Part shown: positions 31,271 to 40,891 of the stretch, in pieces
How the letters are laid out: the number at the start of each line of letters is the position of its first letter
Position numbering within the stretch: position 1 is the first letter of the stretch
Notes under the pieces: model-generated
What the model was told of the DNA's origin: nothing
What the model saw: the letters and a program-made list of their open reading frames with translations, nothing else
Databases searched by the model: none
Translations under genes and position numbers: made by a program
From: an uncultured Methanosarcinales archaeon
Lineage (GTDB): Archaea > Nanobdellota > Nanobdellia > Woesearchaeales > CALCXY01
DNA: 40,891 bases
Assembly: GCA_964385185.1 (NCBI GenBank)
Contig: CAYLOA010000008.1
Span: forward strand, 1-40,891
Direction of reading: 5' to 3'

Positions 31271-32188
31271 ATGAAAATACTCATAACCGGTTCTAATGGA
31301 TATATTGGAAACTTCTTAACAAAACACTTCTCAGAAAAAGGTATACAAGTTATAGGAATAGATCTTGAATCACATGAACGTCAAAAAGACTATACTCATT
31401 TTATCTTTGAAAAAGGAGATGTAAGAGAAAAAGACACGATAGAATCTATTTTCCAAAAACATAGACCTAACGTTGTTATTCATCTAGCATATCTCATGAA
31501 ACCACAACGAGATAAACAGGTAGAAACTGATGTGGATGTAACAGGATCAAAGCATGTCATCTCTGCAGCTAAAAACGTTGAGCATTTCATCAATTATTCT
31601 TCTTCTAGTATCTATGGAGGTCATAAATCTAATCCCTTATTCATAACTGAAGAATATCCTCTACAACCAAGAGATTGGGTCTATGCACAGAATAAAAAAG
31701 CAGTTGAAGAAATGCTCTCAAATTCTAAAATACATCATATTAACATTAGATCGTGTACTGTTGTAGGTCCTTCCTATTTCAATGAAGGGGGAGTAGTATC
31801 AGCTATAGCTAAAGGAAAAATTGGAGTAAAATTAAATTTCAGAGATTCATTAGTTCAATTCATCCATGAAGATGATGTTATCAATATGATTGAATTAATT
31901 ATAGCTAAGAAAACGCAAGGAACCTATAACTTCGCTCCAGAATCCTATGCAGGAGTCTCAGAATTAAACCCAAATAAACTCTACATCCCATTTCCCACAT
32001 TTGTATTCAAGGGAATTATTTCATTATTATGGAATGCCAAAGCAATAAACGTTTCTCCCACATCTGTAAACTTAATTGCCCATGGCATTGTGGTATCTTC
32101 AAAGAAATTAGCCTTCGACTTAGACTATAAGTTTGATTATTCTACCAAAGAAGCATATCTAGATGCTAAAGATAGGAGAGGATTGTAA
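31271..32188 (+). CDS. NAD-dependent epimerase/dehydratase (extended SDR)
   Basis: TGSNGYIG, HLA, SSSSIYG and YxxxK motifs. Confidence 0.9.
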   Translation: MKILITGSNGYIGNFLTKHFSEKGIQVIGIDLESHERQKDYTHFIFEKGDVREKDTIESIFQKHRPNVVIHLAYLMKPQRDKQVETDVDVTGSKHVISAAKNVEHFINYSSSSIYGGHKSNPLFITEEYPLQPRDWVYAQNKKAVEEMLSNSKIHHINIRSCTVVGPSYFNEGGVVSAIAKGKIGVKLNFRDSLVQFIHEDDVINMIELIIAKKTQGTYNFAPESYAGVSELNPNKLYIPFPTFVFKGIISLLWNAKAINVSPTSVNLIAHGIVVSSKKLAFDLDYKFDYSTKEAYLDAKDRRGL

Positions 32189-32347
32189 GTTTCTAAAAAG
32201 CATTATTTAAAATCTTCAGTTCTAACAGCTCCTTGTAGAATATCATGTAAAGATTGTGATTCACTATCCGTTGAGTCATCCATAATTATCAAAGAATAAC
32301 TCATTTGTAGTACTATATATAGATTTAGGTTTTAAAATATACCGATA

Positions 32348-33127
32348 CTACGCATTACGTATGGCCTTCACAATCTCAACAGCTTGCTTAGCTTCTTTCA
32401 CGTCATGCACCCTAATAATATCTGCACCATTTAACATGGAGATAACAACTGCTCCTAATGTTCCTCCTAATCTCCCATCAACTTCAGCTCCCGTTAACTT
32501 TCCAATAAAAGATTTTCTTGAAGGACCAATAACTATTTTTCCTAATACCTTAAATTCTTCTAATCTCTTCAAAATAGTAAGATTATGTTCAACAGTTTTA
32601 CCAAAACCAATTCCAGGATCAAATAATATTTCTTTAACGCCAAAAGATTCAGCTTTTTCTTTAACTTTCTTAAAATCAGAAATGATATCAGTAACAACAT
32701 CTTCATAATGCGGTTTATCCTGCATCGTTTTAGGATCTCCTTGCATATGCATACACACAACAGGAACGTTATGCTTTGCAACCACTTTCATCATTTCCTC
32801 ATCTCGTAATCCAGACACATCATTAGCCCAAGTTGCCCCTGCAATAATTGCTTTATCAACAACTGTAGCCTTGTAAGAATCAATACTAATGGGAACTTTC
32901 ACTTTATCTTTAATTGCTTCAATTACAGGAATAACTCGTCTTAATTCTTCTTCTTCAGATACAGGTTCAGAACCAGGTTTAGTACTCTCTCCACCCACAT
33001 CGATAAAGTCAGCTCCGTCTTTTTCCATCTGGAGAGCATGTTCAACAGCTTTCGAAGTATCAAAAAACTTCCCCCCATCAGAAAAACTATCAGGAGTTAC
33101 ATTAAGAATACCCATTATTTTAGTCAT
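32348..33127 (-). CDS. folP: Dihydropteroate synthase
   Basis: MGILNVTPDSFSDGG, GGEST, DPGIGF, SRKSF and RVHDV motifs. Confidence 0.96.
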   Translation of the reverse strand: MTKIMGILNVTPDSFSDGGKFFDTSKAVEHALQMEKDGADFIDVGGESTKPGSEPVSEEEELRRVIPVIEAIKDKVKVPISIDSYKATVVDKAIIAGATWANDVSGLRDEEMMKVVAKHNVPVVCMHMQGDPKTMQDKPHYEDVVTDIISDFKKVKEKAESFGVKEILFDPGIGFGKTVEHNLTILKRLEEFKVLGKIVIGPSRKSFIGKLTGAEVDGRLGGTLGAVVISMLNGADIIRVHDVKEAKQAVEIVKAIRNA

Positions 33128-33218
33128 AGAAATAAGAATCAATTGTGATATAAAAACATTACCAACCAGCACCCACATCTCAAGATAGATTTATAAGCAA
33201 ACTAATATTTTCACCTAT

Positions 33219-33866
33219 ATGATAGATACTCCTGAAAACGATGCTAACCCTCAAGCTGTATTAGGTGATGTCATTGATAGATTACTAGGTAATGTCCAGG
33301 TCCGTGAACAAGTTAAAAAAAGACTCTTAGATTTGGAAGGGGTTGAAAAATACCTAGGTCCAATGATGGGTATTCCAGATCATAAAATTCAAATTGCAGA
33401 GTATCTTCAAAAAGAAGGGGACGATGAACACCTTAGCCACACCCAATATTTAGGGGCAGTAAAAGTTCATTTCAAAGTCGAAAGTGAATATCATTTTATT
33501 CGAAATGGAATTATCATTGCACTAGATAAACATAAAAAAAATCTACAGAAGACTGCTGATGGGATGAACATTAGTAGAACCACACTAAGTACAAGAATAA
33601 AAGATTATAAAATAGATCGTGAAAGTGATCAAATGGAACTCTCAACAGAAGAACAATTACAAAAATCAGTAGCTTATAGAAGTAATATTTCCTATCAACA
33701 GGGAATACAATTAGTGTGCGCAGACAAAAGACAAAGATCCAATATAATATCTGCATTTGCCTCCATTTTAGAACAACACAGTAATGATAAGACGGCAACA
33801 GCTAAAAGTATAGGAATTCACCGTACAACATTTAATTCTGCATTGCTAGCATATGAAATTTCATAA
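33219..33866 (+). CDS. Protein with two Fis-type HTH motifs
   Basis: AL...N...TA...ISRTTL and IL...DKTATAKSIGIHRTTF. Confidence 0.7.
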   Translation: MIDTPENDANPQAVLGDVIDRLLGNVQVREQVKKRLLDLEGVEKYLGPMMGIPDHKIQIAEYLQKEGDDEHLSHTQYLGAVKVHFKVESEYHFIRNGIIIALDKHKKNLQKTADGMNISRTTLSTRIKDYKIDRESDQMELSTEEQLQKSVAYRSNISYQQGIQLVCADKRQRSNIISAFASILEQHSNDKTATAKSIGIHRTTFNSALLAYEIS

Positions 33867-33932
33867 AAAATCTCTTTTCTACTGCAAAGCCCCATTAATC
33901 TATTCTACAGATGCAGTAAAATTTAAAAATGT

Positions 33933-34727
33933 ATGAAGATTCCCCCCATTATGAACGAACCTCACCAGCTCTATATTGGATTTGACAATTCTTTTTTCAC
34001 TGATAATAAACCTGTTCATGGCAATCTCACCAGAAAAGACTGTACTAGAAGGTATAGGGAATTAATAGAACAACATAGTCAAGATATAGACCAAGTTTTA
34101 CAAAATAAAGCTTCACCAGAAGATTTACCAGAAACTTTTTTTGTTGAGATAAATAAGCTATCCGAATATGAGCAAGGAGTAAGTACATCTTTTTTAGCAA
34201 AAATGTATGATATAGGAAAAGTCATGGATGAGTGGAAAATTGAAAATATTCCAGATCATCAAAGATATTTTTTTTGGGGGAAAACTCCTTTTCATTTAAC
34301 AAGGCTTATCAAACCATATACCTATGCAAGCCATGCGCCAGAAAATGCAAAATTTAATTTTAACAAACAGTTTGGTGAAGACTATCTTAATTGGGTAAAA
34401 CAACTTCCAGAAGAGGAAGAAAGAGGATATAATTTTTCAGAACTGGTAGGGGGAGAAGGTGGGGGAGTCGCAACCTATTGGTCAATTATCCCTTACGTAT
34501 ATGCAGATTTAAGACAAAGAGAACAAAGCAGAAATGAGGCTATGAATACAATCGTAAACTGGATATTGGATAGTGAAGATGACGGAATATTTAATCCTAA
34601 GTTCGCTTCATTTGGATTTGCAGACATATACAGGTTTGATATAGGATTAGGGTATGATGAAAGAATGCCATCACACTTACGATCAAGAATTCTCTCTAAG
34701 GTTGTCACACAAAGATTAGTCGAATAA
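33933..34727 (+). CDS. Hypothetical protein
   Basis: Long ORF with no recognised motif. Confidence 0.7.
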   Translation: MKIPPIMNEPHQLYIGFDNSFFTDNKPVHGNLTRKDCTRRYRELIEQHSQDIDQVLQNKASPEDLPETFFVEINKLSEYEQGVSTSFLAKMYDIGKVMDEWKIENIPDHQRYFFWGKTPFHLTRLIKPYTYASHAPENAKFNFNKQFGEDYLNWVKQLPEEEERGYNFSELVGGEGGGVATYWSIIPYVYADLRQREQSRNEAMNTIVNWILDSEDDGIFNPKFASFGFADIYRFDIGLGYDERMPSHLRSRILSKVVTQRLVE

Positions 34728-34732
34728 AAAAT

Positions 34733-35887
34733 CTACTGCAAAGCCTCTTTAAACTTCTCAGCCAAATCCTTCTTCTCCCAAGAGAATTCTTCTCGACCAA
34801 AATGGCCATAGGCTGCTGTCTGTCTAAAGATAGGTCTTTTCAAATCCAAAGTATCAATAATCCATCTTGGAGTTAAAGGACAATGTTTTTTTACGACTTC
34901 TGCAATACGTTCTTCTTCAACTTTATTAGTTCCAAACGTATTCACATTAATAGAAGTAGGTTGAGGTACACCAATCGCATAGCTTATCCCTAATTCACAT
35001 TTATCAGCTAATCCAGCTGCAACAACATTCTTTGCTACATATCGAGCTGCATACGCACCTGATCGATCCACTTTAGAAGGATCTTTTCCACTAAAAGCTC
35101 CTCCACCATGTCGTCCAATTCCACCGTAGGTATCTACAATAATTTTCCTACCAGTAAGACCAGCATCTGCCTCAGGTCCACCTGAAACAAATTTTCCAGT
35201 TGCATTTATGTGCAATTGAGTATTTTCATCCATCATCGTACCACAAACAGGTTTAATGACTTTCTCAGTAATATCTAATTTTAATTTATCTTCTGTAACA
35301 TCAGCTCGATGTTGTTGAGCAATAACAATTGCAGTAATCTTATGTGGTTTACCATCATGGTATTCAATACTCACTTGAGATTTACCATCAGGACCTAATC
35401 CTTCAATTTCATTACTTTTTCTCACTTCAGCTAACTTCTTAGTTAACTTATGAGCAAGCATAACAGGCATAGGCATTAACTCAGGAGTTTCATTAGTTGC
35501 AAAACCATACATCATTCCTTGATCTCCTGCACCTTGTTCTTTATGTTCACCTTCTCCTTCAGTAACTCCTTGAGAAATATCAGGTGATTGTTCTGAAATA
35601 CTTACAATAACTCCACAATCATCTGCATCAATTCCAAAATCAGGATCAGTATAACCAATTTCTTTTAATGTTTTTCTTACAATTTTTTGAATATCGGCAA
35701 AACCTTTTGTAGTAATCTCGCCCATAACCATAATTAATCCTCTTGTAGTAGCTGTTTCGCATGCTACTCGAGAATCTGGATCTTGTCGTAATAGTTCATC
35801 TAAGATAGCATCACTAACTTGATCACATACTTTATCTGGATGACCCTCTGTTACTGATTCTGATGTAAAAAACTCAATTTTTGTCAT
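34733..35887 (-). CDS. metK: S-adenosylmethionine synthetase (bacterial type)
   Basis: [19 protein letters not shown] and GGGAFSGKD motifs. Confidence 0.97.
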   Translation of the reverse strand: MTKIEFFTSESVTEGHPDKVCDQVSDAILDELLRQDPDSRVACETATTRGLIMVMGEITTKGFADIQKIVRKTLKEIGYTDPDFGIDADDCGVIVSISEQSPDISQGVTEGEGEHKEQGAGDQGMMYGFATNETPELMPMPVMLAHKLTKKLAEVRKSNEIEGLGPDGKSQVSIEYHDGKPHKITAIVIAQQHRADVTEDKLKLDITEKVIKPVCGTMMDENTQLHINATGKFVSGGPEADAGLTGRKIIVDTYGGIGRHGGGAFSGKDPSKVDRSGAYAARYVAKNVVAAGLADKCELGISYAIGVPQPTSINVNTFGTNKVEEERIAEVVKKHCPLTPRWIIDTLDLKRPIFRQTAAYGHFGREEFSWEKKDLAEKFKEALQ

Positions 35888-35921
35888 GTTATCACCTTTG
35901 TTTTTTAATTCAAATTATTCC

Positions 35922-36545
35922 TTATAAGTTTGTTGGTTTTCTAGTATATACACCTGTAGCTGTTGGATATATCTTAACTAATTTGTCAATTGCTCGATCC
36001 ACATGAAATTTATAGGTACTATTCTTTGCATTATACCTTTCTTGTTGACTCTCAATAGCTATATCTGCCACCATATCTATAGGATGTTGTTTTGTAAATC
36101 CCATTGTCTTAGGTCTAATTTCTACACCATGTTCTTTAACGAGAAAATTTGCAATTGCATGAAACTCAGTTAAAGGATCACTCCGAGCGATTCTTGCTTC
36201 TCTTGAATCTACCCAACTTGCTCCTACATGTCTTAATTGATCTAAAGCAGAATCAACAGATTTTGCATATAATCCTTTTTGATCATACAATTCTTGATGA
36301 TCATGAATTGCTTTTTGTGCAACCTGATCACAAATGTGTTGTTTTGTTGCCGTATCAAGTTTAGGTAGTATATCAATACCAAATTCATGAACAATATATT
36401 TTGCAGTTTCATGAAATTCCTCTAAAGGTTCATTTAATGTAATTCTTGCCTCACGATCAGCAACTAATCGTTGTCTCCGTTCAGTTGAATAACTTGTATC
36501 CTTTTTTGTAGTATATCCAGATTGTAAAACCATTAATATCACCAA
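35922..36545 (-). CDS. Hypothetical protein with an internal duplication of about 80 aa
   Basis: REARI...PL.EFH..A...TKQH..D.VA..AI...QE.Y..K...VD.A.D.L occurs twice. Confidence 0.75.
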   Translation of the reverse strand: MVILMVLQSGYTTKKDTSYSTERRQRLVADREARITLNEPLEEFHETAKYIVHEFGIDILPKLDTATKQHICDQVAQKAIHDHQELYDQKGLYAKSVDSALDQLRHVGASWVDSREARIARSDPLTEFHAIANFLVKEHGVEIRPKTMGFTKQHPIDMVADIAIESQQERYNAKNSTYKFHVDRAIDKLVKIYPTATGVYTRKPTNL

Positions 36546-36651
36546 CCTCTAGACTTAATACACCATTTAAATACCCTCTTGACTAAATTATTCGTATAGG
36601 AATATTGCTATACTCAGAACCTTTAAATAACAGATTAAAGATAACTCAATC

Positions 36652-38682
36652 ATGTGTGGAATACTAGGAATATATGGCCCAAAGGCAACAGAAGCTACTA
36701 TAAAAAAAGGGATTGATTGTCTAAAACCAAGAGGGAAAGATAATCAAGACTTCATTAAAGTAAAGAAAGGAATCATAGGACACACTCTACATTCTATAGT
36801 CCACTTTGTAAAACAACCCTTTGTAAATGAAGGAGTCTTTGTGGGAAACACAGAAATCTATAACTGGCAAGCATTAGCACAAAAACATAATCTCGAAGTA
36901 CAAAATGACTCAGATTTAATCTTCCAACTCCTAGAATCAGGTTTACCTATAAAATTAGTAACTAATCTCCTAGATGGTGTCTATGCATTTGCCTACCAAA
37001 GAGAGGATACTGTGTATTTAGCAAGAGATCTTATCGGAGTAAAACCACTCTGGTATTCTGAAAAGCCATTCGCATTTGCTTCAGAGAGAAAAGCCCTGGA
37101 AAAAATGGGCTTTTCAAGCAAAGAATTGAATCCAAGACAAATCTTAGAATATAATATCAAAACTAAAAAAATTAAACTCACTAAAAGAGCATTTTTTACC
37201 ACAACACCTGAACATACACAGTCAGATATCCAGAAAAAGACTCAAGAATTATTAACAAAAGCAGTCTGGAAACGATTACCTGAAAAGAAATTTGGTTTAT
37301 TATTTTCTGGTGGTGTAGACAGTTCAGTCTTAGCACAATTACTCAAAGCGTTTAAAGTTCCTTTCACATGTTATACAGTTGTTGTAGATCATCCCAGCTT
37401 TCAAGAGCCGTATGATTTAGAGGCAGCGACAACAACAGCTAAAGCATTAGGATTAGATCTTAAAGTGATTAAAATAACAGCAAAAGATATTGAAAAAATG
37501 CTCCCTATTGTTATTCCTCTTATTGAAGATAACAATGTCCAAAAAGTTTCGGTAGCTTTAACTTTTTTCAAAGCAATTGAACAGGCAGCAAAAGATGGCT
37601 GTAAAGTGATGTTTTCTGGATTAGGTGCTGAAGAACTCTTTGCAGGGTATAAACGTCATAAGAATTCTTTACAATTAAACAAAGAATGTCTATCTGGCTT
37701 TAGAAAACTCTACGAACGAGATTTGTATAGAGATGATGTAATAACGATGTATCACTCAGTAGAATTACGATTACCCTTCTTAGATAAAAAATTAATCAAG
37801 TATAGCCTAAAAATTCCTCCTGAGTATAAAATAAAAGGAGAAAAAGATAAATTAGTATTAAGAAAAATTGCTGAAGAGATGGGAATACCCAAAGAGACAG
37901 CCTATCGTAAAAAAAGAGCTGCACAGTATGGTTCTAATGTACAAAAAGCACTTAAGAAGTTAGCAACGAACTTTGAAAGTGTTTCCGCCTATGTAGATAC
38001 CTTTAGTCAAAGAAAAAATCCTAAGTTAGGAGCTTTGTTGTCAACAGGTAAAGACTCTGTCTTTGCTTTGTATAGTATGCAAATACAAAATTATCCTATT
38101 GAATGTGTGATTACCTTAAAGAGTAATAATCCTGATAGTTATATGTTTCATACTCCTACTATTGATTTAGCTAAACAACAAGCAAAATCAATGAAGATTC
38201 CTTTAATAGAACAAGAAACAAAAGGAGTTAAAGAGAAAGAATTGGCTGATCTTCGTAAGGCTTTACAGAAGGCTAAAGAGAAATATGGCATTGAAGGGGT
38301 TGTTACCGGTGCAATTCGTTCTAACTATCAAAGAGATAGAATAGAAAAGGTGTGTGATAGTTTATCTTTGAAAATCTTTGCTCCTTTATGGCACATAGAT
38401 CAAGAGATGTATATGAGAAATGTGCTAAATAAAGGCTTTAAGTTTATCATGACTAAAGTTGCAGCTGAAGGCTTAGATAAAAGCTGGCTTGGAAGAGAGA
38501 TTACAAATAAGGATATAGATAAGTTAGTTAAAATCCATAATAAGAATCAGATTAATATTGCTGGAGAAGGCGGAGAGTTCGAAACATTGATGGTGGATGG
38601 TCCTATATTTAGTGATAAGATTGATGTTAAAGTAAAAGATATTGAAGAAGAGGGATTAGCTGCTGAAGTAGTTCTTAAATAA
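36652..38682 (+). CDS. Asparagine synthase B-like amidotransferase fused to diphthine-ammonia ligase (Dph6)
   Basis: MCGI, SGGVDSS, GAEELFAGY and ELRLPFLD; C-terminal STGKDS, DSYMFH and GEGGEFET. Confidence 0.9.
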   Translation: MCGILGIYGPKATEATIKKGIDCLKPRGKDNQDFIKVKKGIIGHTLHSIVHFVKQPFVNEGVFVGNTEIYNWQALAQKHNLEVQNDSDLIFQLLESGLPIKLVTNLLDGVYAFAYQREDTVYLARDLIGVKPLWYSEKPFAFASERKALEKMGFSSKELNPRQILEYNIKTKKIKLTKRAFFTTTPEHTQSDIQKKTQELLTKAVWKRLPEKKFGLLFSGGVDSSVLAQLLKAFKVPFTCYTVVVDHPSFQEPYDLEAATTTAKALGLDLKVIKITAKDIEKMLPIVIPLIEDNNVQKVSVALTFFKAIEQAAKDGCKVMFSGLGAEELFAGYKRHKNSLQLNKECLSGFRKLYERDLYRDDVITMYHSVELRLPFLDKKLIKYSLKIPPEYKIKGEKDKLVLRKIAEEMGIPKETAYRKKRAAQYGSNVQKALKKLATNFESVSAYVDTFSQRKNPKLGALLSTGKDSVFALYSMQIQNYPIECVITLKSNNPDSYMFHTPTIDLAKQQAKSMKIPLIEQETKGVKEKELADLRKALQKAKEKYGIEGVVTGAIRSNYQRDRIEKVCDSLSLKIFAPLWHIDQEMYMRNVLNKGFKFIMTKVAAEGLDKSWLGREITNKDIDKLVKIHNKNQINIAGEGGEFETLMVDGPIFSDKIDVKVKDIEEEGLAAEVVLK

Positions 38683-38728
38683 ATTCCGGAACAACAAGAT
38701 TTATAACTATAAAAAATAAAAATACTAC

Positions 38729-39259
38729 ATGAATATTAATTATCCAATATTAATTATAACATTCTTACTATTATTAGTTGCCTGTTCAACTACAGAAAAT
38801 AAAAAAAATATTGAAATTACCTGTCAAGAAAAAAATGGACTGGAATTAGAATATACACAACTCACTGCAAATAAAGTAAGTGAATTTATGAATTTGATAA
38901 ACGAAGATTGTTCCGATTTTGATGAATTAGATAATAAACCTATGACTCATATGATTAAATCTTGTTTTGAGTATAAACGAGAAAAATGTACCAAAAATAA
39001 AATAGATTATTGTGATTATATTTACAAAAAAGCAGAAACTTTCTTTAATGCAGAGTTAAATGGTGCAAACTATAAATTCAACTTTCAAATTGACAATAAA
39101 ATAATATGGCAACATGTCAAAGGCCCGAATTGTGGTAATAATCAATATATGTCAATTTTAAAGAATGGTTTAGTGGCAGTTACATTAGATGGAGAACCTA
39201 AAATTGTGCAGGTTAATCTTTATACTTGTGAAGTACCATTAGAATGCACATCTAATTAA
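38729..39259 (+). CDS. Cys-rich putative lipoprotein
   Basis: Lipobox LVAC; many Cys residues. Confidence 0.7.
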   Translation: MNINYPILIITFLLLLVACSTTENKKNIEITCQEKNGLELEYTQLTANKVSEFMNLINEDCSDFDELDNKPMTHMIKSCFEYKREKCTKNKIDYCDYIYKKAETFFNAELNGANYKFNFQIDNKIIWQHVKGPNCGNNQYMSILKNGLVAVTLDGEPKIVQVNLYTCEVPLECTSN

Positions 39260-39338
39260 TCCTCTAATTTTGACTGCAAATGCATTTCTATTTTATAAAA
39301 AAATAAAAAAAGATTTAAAAAAACCCATTCAGGGATTT

Positions 39339-39599
39339 CTAACCATTTTCCCTAAGATATTTTGGGCATGTTTTTGCATAATCCATAGAGCAAATGGAAC
39401 CACACGTATACATTTCTCCGGCATGCCCTAATAATTCATCATCAACAGCACAATAATACCTAGAGGGATCTGGAACAGTCCAACTACTTGAACCCTTGGG
39501 AGGGTCAATTTGAATTAATGGACATACTGTCTTTTTTACCCTTCTTTCTAATGTTTTCTTCTCTTGTTCATCAATTTGGTGCATTTTTATCATCTCCAT
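39339..39599 (-). CDS. Small Cys-rich protein (start possibly 39584)
   Basis: Five Cys; GGAGATGA SD before ATG 39584. Confidence 0.65.
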   Translation of the reverse strand: MEMIKMHQIDEQEKKTLERRVKKTVCPLIQIDPPKGSSSWTVPDPSRYYCAVDDELLGHAGEMYTCGSICSMDYAKTCPKYLRENG

Positions 39600-39717
39600 G
39601 TTTAGAGTCCATATGACTTGTATAGCTTAAGCTAACTTAAGCTCGCTAAAAATTTTGTATAGAAATAACTAACACCAGAGTCCTTGAGAAACTTTGAAAA
39701 TAGTGATATCTAAGAAA

Positions 39718-39756
39718 TTAGTACTTACGCCACCGACAATCACTTTCGTTGTTCAT
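39718..39756 (-). CDS. Putative leaderless leader peptide MNNESDCRWRKY (12 aa)
   Basis: TTTATATA starting 39786 with the ATG 30 nt downstream. Confidence 0.5.
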   Translation of the reverse strand: MNNESDCRWRKY

Positions 39757-39916
39757 AGTAATAATTAATATAGAATTGTATATAAATGTTATGGTTGGAA
39801 ATTAATTTTATTGCCATTATATACATTACCACAGAATACAGCCGAACGCTACAGCCATTGAGCTTTGGAGGGTAAACACCAAAACCATTAAATAATAAAA
39901 AATCAAATTCTCTTAT

Positions 39917-40594
39917 ATGACAAACATCTACATCCTAGGAATAATCCTCTCAATAATCCATTATTATTCACAAGAATATAATATAAGAAAACATAAACAC
40001 ACGGACAAAATAATCTCCTTCTCAGCAGGTGTAGGTGTAACGTATATCTTTGTAGAATTGTTTCCCAGTTTTAATGCATTAGTAAAAGATATCTCTCCAG
40101 CAATATTCCTCACAATCTTAGTAGGATTTGTCACCTTCCATTTAGTAGAAAAATTCATCTATCAACATGCAGGTGGAAAACACGCACCTAAAGAATTAGC
40201 TGTTGAAGATTCAACAATAAGTTTCTTCTACCATTTTATCGTAGGAGCATTTATTGTCTATTTCACTAAACAAAGTTCATTACAAGGATTTCTCTTCTTC
40301 ATACCTATTGCTCTACATACCTCAACATCAGCCCTTCCAGTAGATATCCCCCTAAGTAAGGGGATGAAAATAGTTATCTCTTCATCATCATTCATAGGAG
40401 TACTCCTCACCTCAATCTTCTTTACAAGCATTCCAAAAATAACATTCATTATAGGATTAGGGCTAATGGTAGGAACATTAACATTCACTAATATCAGACA
40501 TTCTATTCCAGAGGGAAAGAAAGGAAAACCATTATACTTCCTAATTGGAGTCATAGCATATACACTCATAATATACTTAACTAAAGGGTTCTAA
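39917..40594 (+). CDS. Multi-TM protein, ZIP metal-transporter-like
   Basis: ISFSAGV, F-ELFP, GF-FHL-EKFIY and His residues within TM segments. Confidence 0.7.
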   Translation: MTNIYILGIILSIIHYYSQEYNIRKHKHTDKIISFSAGVGVTYIFVELFPSFNALVKDISPAIFLTILVGFVTFHLVEKFIYQHAGGKHAPKELAVEDSTISFFYHFIVGAFIVYFTKQSSLQGFLFFIPIALHTSTSALPVDIPLSKGMKIVISSSSFIGVLLTSIFFTSIPKITFIIGLGLMVGTLTFTNIRHSIPEGKKGKPLYFLIGVIAYTLIIYLTKGF

Positions 40595-40670
40595 CAAATC
40601 TTCGACGCATACCGTAATATTTGTATCAGAATTTAAAAAGATTTATAATCTCACATATTCAATAGTAATC

Positions 40671-40891
40671 ATGAATGTTTTATTCATTTGTAACCAAAAT
40701 ATGCACAGAAGTAAAACTGCTGAAGAAATATTTAGCAGTCAATTCAAAACACAAAGTGCAGGATTATATAACGAACCACCTGTTTCAAAAAATCAATTAG
40801 AATGGGCAGATATGATCCTCGTTATGGAAGAAACTCAAAGATCTGAACTAGGAAAACGATTTCCAGACATGTATCTGAAGAAACAAATACT
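40671..40891 (+). CDS. LMW protein-tyrosine-phosphatase-like protein, 3'-truncated
   Basis: Hand translation MNVLFICNQNMHRSKTAE (Cx5R), SAG, WAD-I-VME. Confidence 0.88.
   Translation, partial: MNVLFICNQNMHRSKTAEEIFSSQFKTQSAGLYNEPPVSKNQLEWADMILVMEETQRSELGKRFPDMYLKKQI

Overview
AT-rich archaeal chromosomal DNA, most consistent with a DPANN archaeon (Woesearchaeales-like; inferred from gene content). Archaeal housekeeping genes (eS1, eL21-Rpo4-DUF655, aIF2-gamma, Bud32, SepF, ZPR1, a CC1-like chromatin protein, an AsnB-Dph6 fusion) are mixed with bacterial-type enzymes (GyrB with an HNH intein, zwf-pgl-gnd beside an NAD kinase, MetK, FolP, ManC/ManB, a phosphoglycosyl transferase). Many genes are leaderless, with the ATG 29-30 nt after the first base of a TATA octamer. 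Applying that rule to the 'intergenic' DNA reveals features the ORF track misses. (i) Four leaderless 12-17 aa micro-ORFs with biased composition (Cys-, Leu-, aromatic-rich, and RWRK) are each followed by a hairpin- or T-run-containing spacer, which resembles leader-peptide attenuation. (ii) Three highly structured non-coding segments lie at about 20312-20460, 20897-21130 and 29964-30135 and match no RNA family I recognise. (iii) A small protein with a synonymously conserved tandem core is translationally coupled to a gene cut by the window edge. Two genes are interrupted (a frameshifted EEP nuclease and an ORF with one in-frame TGA). No rRNA, tRNA, CRISPR array or transposase was seen. All family calls come from motif recognition by eye, not from database searches.
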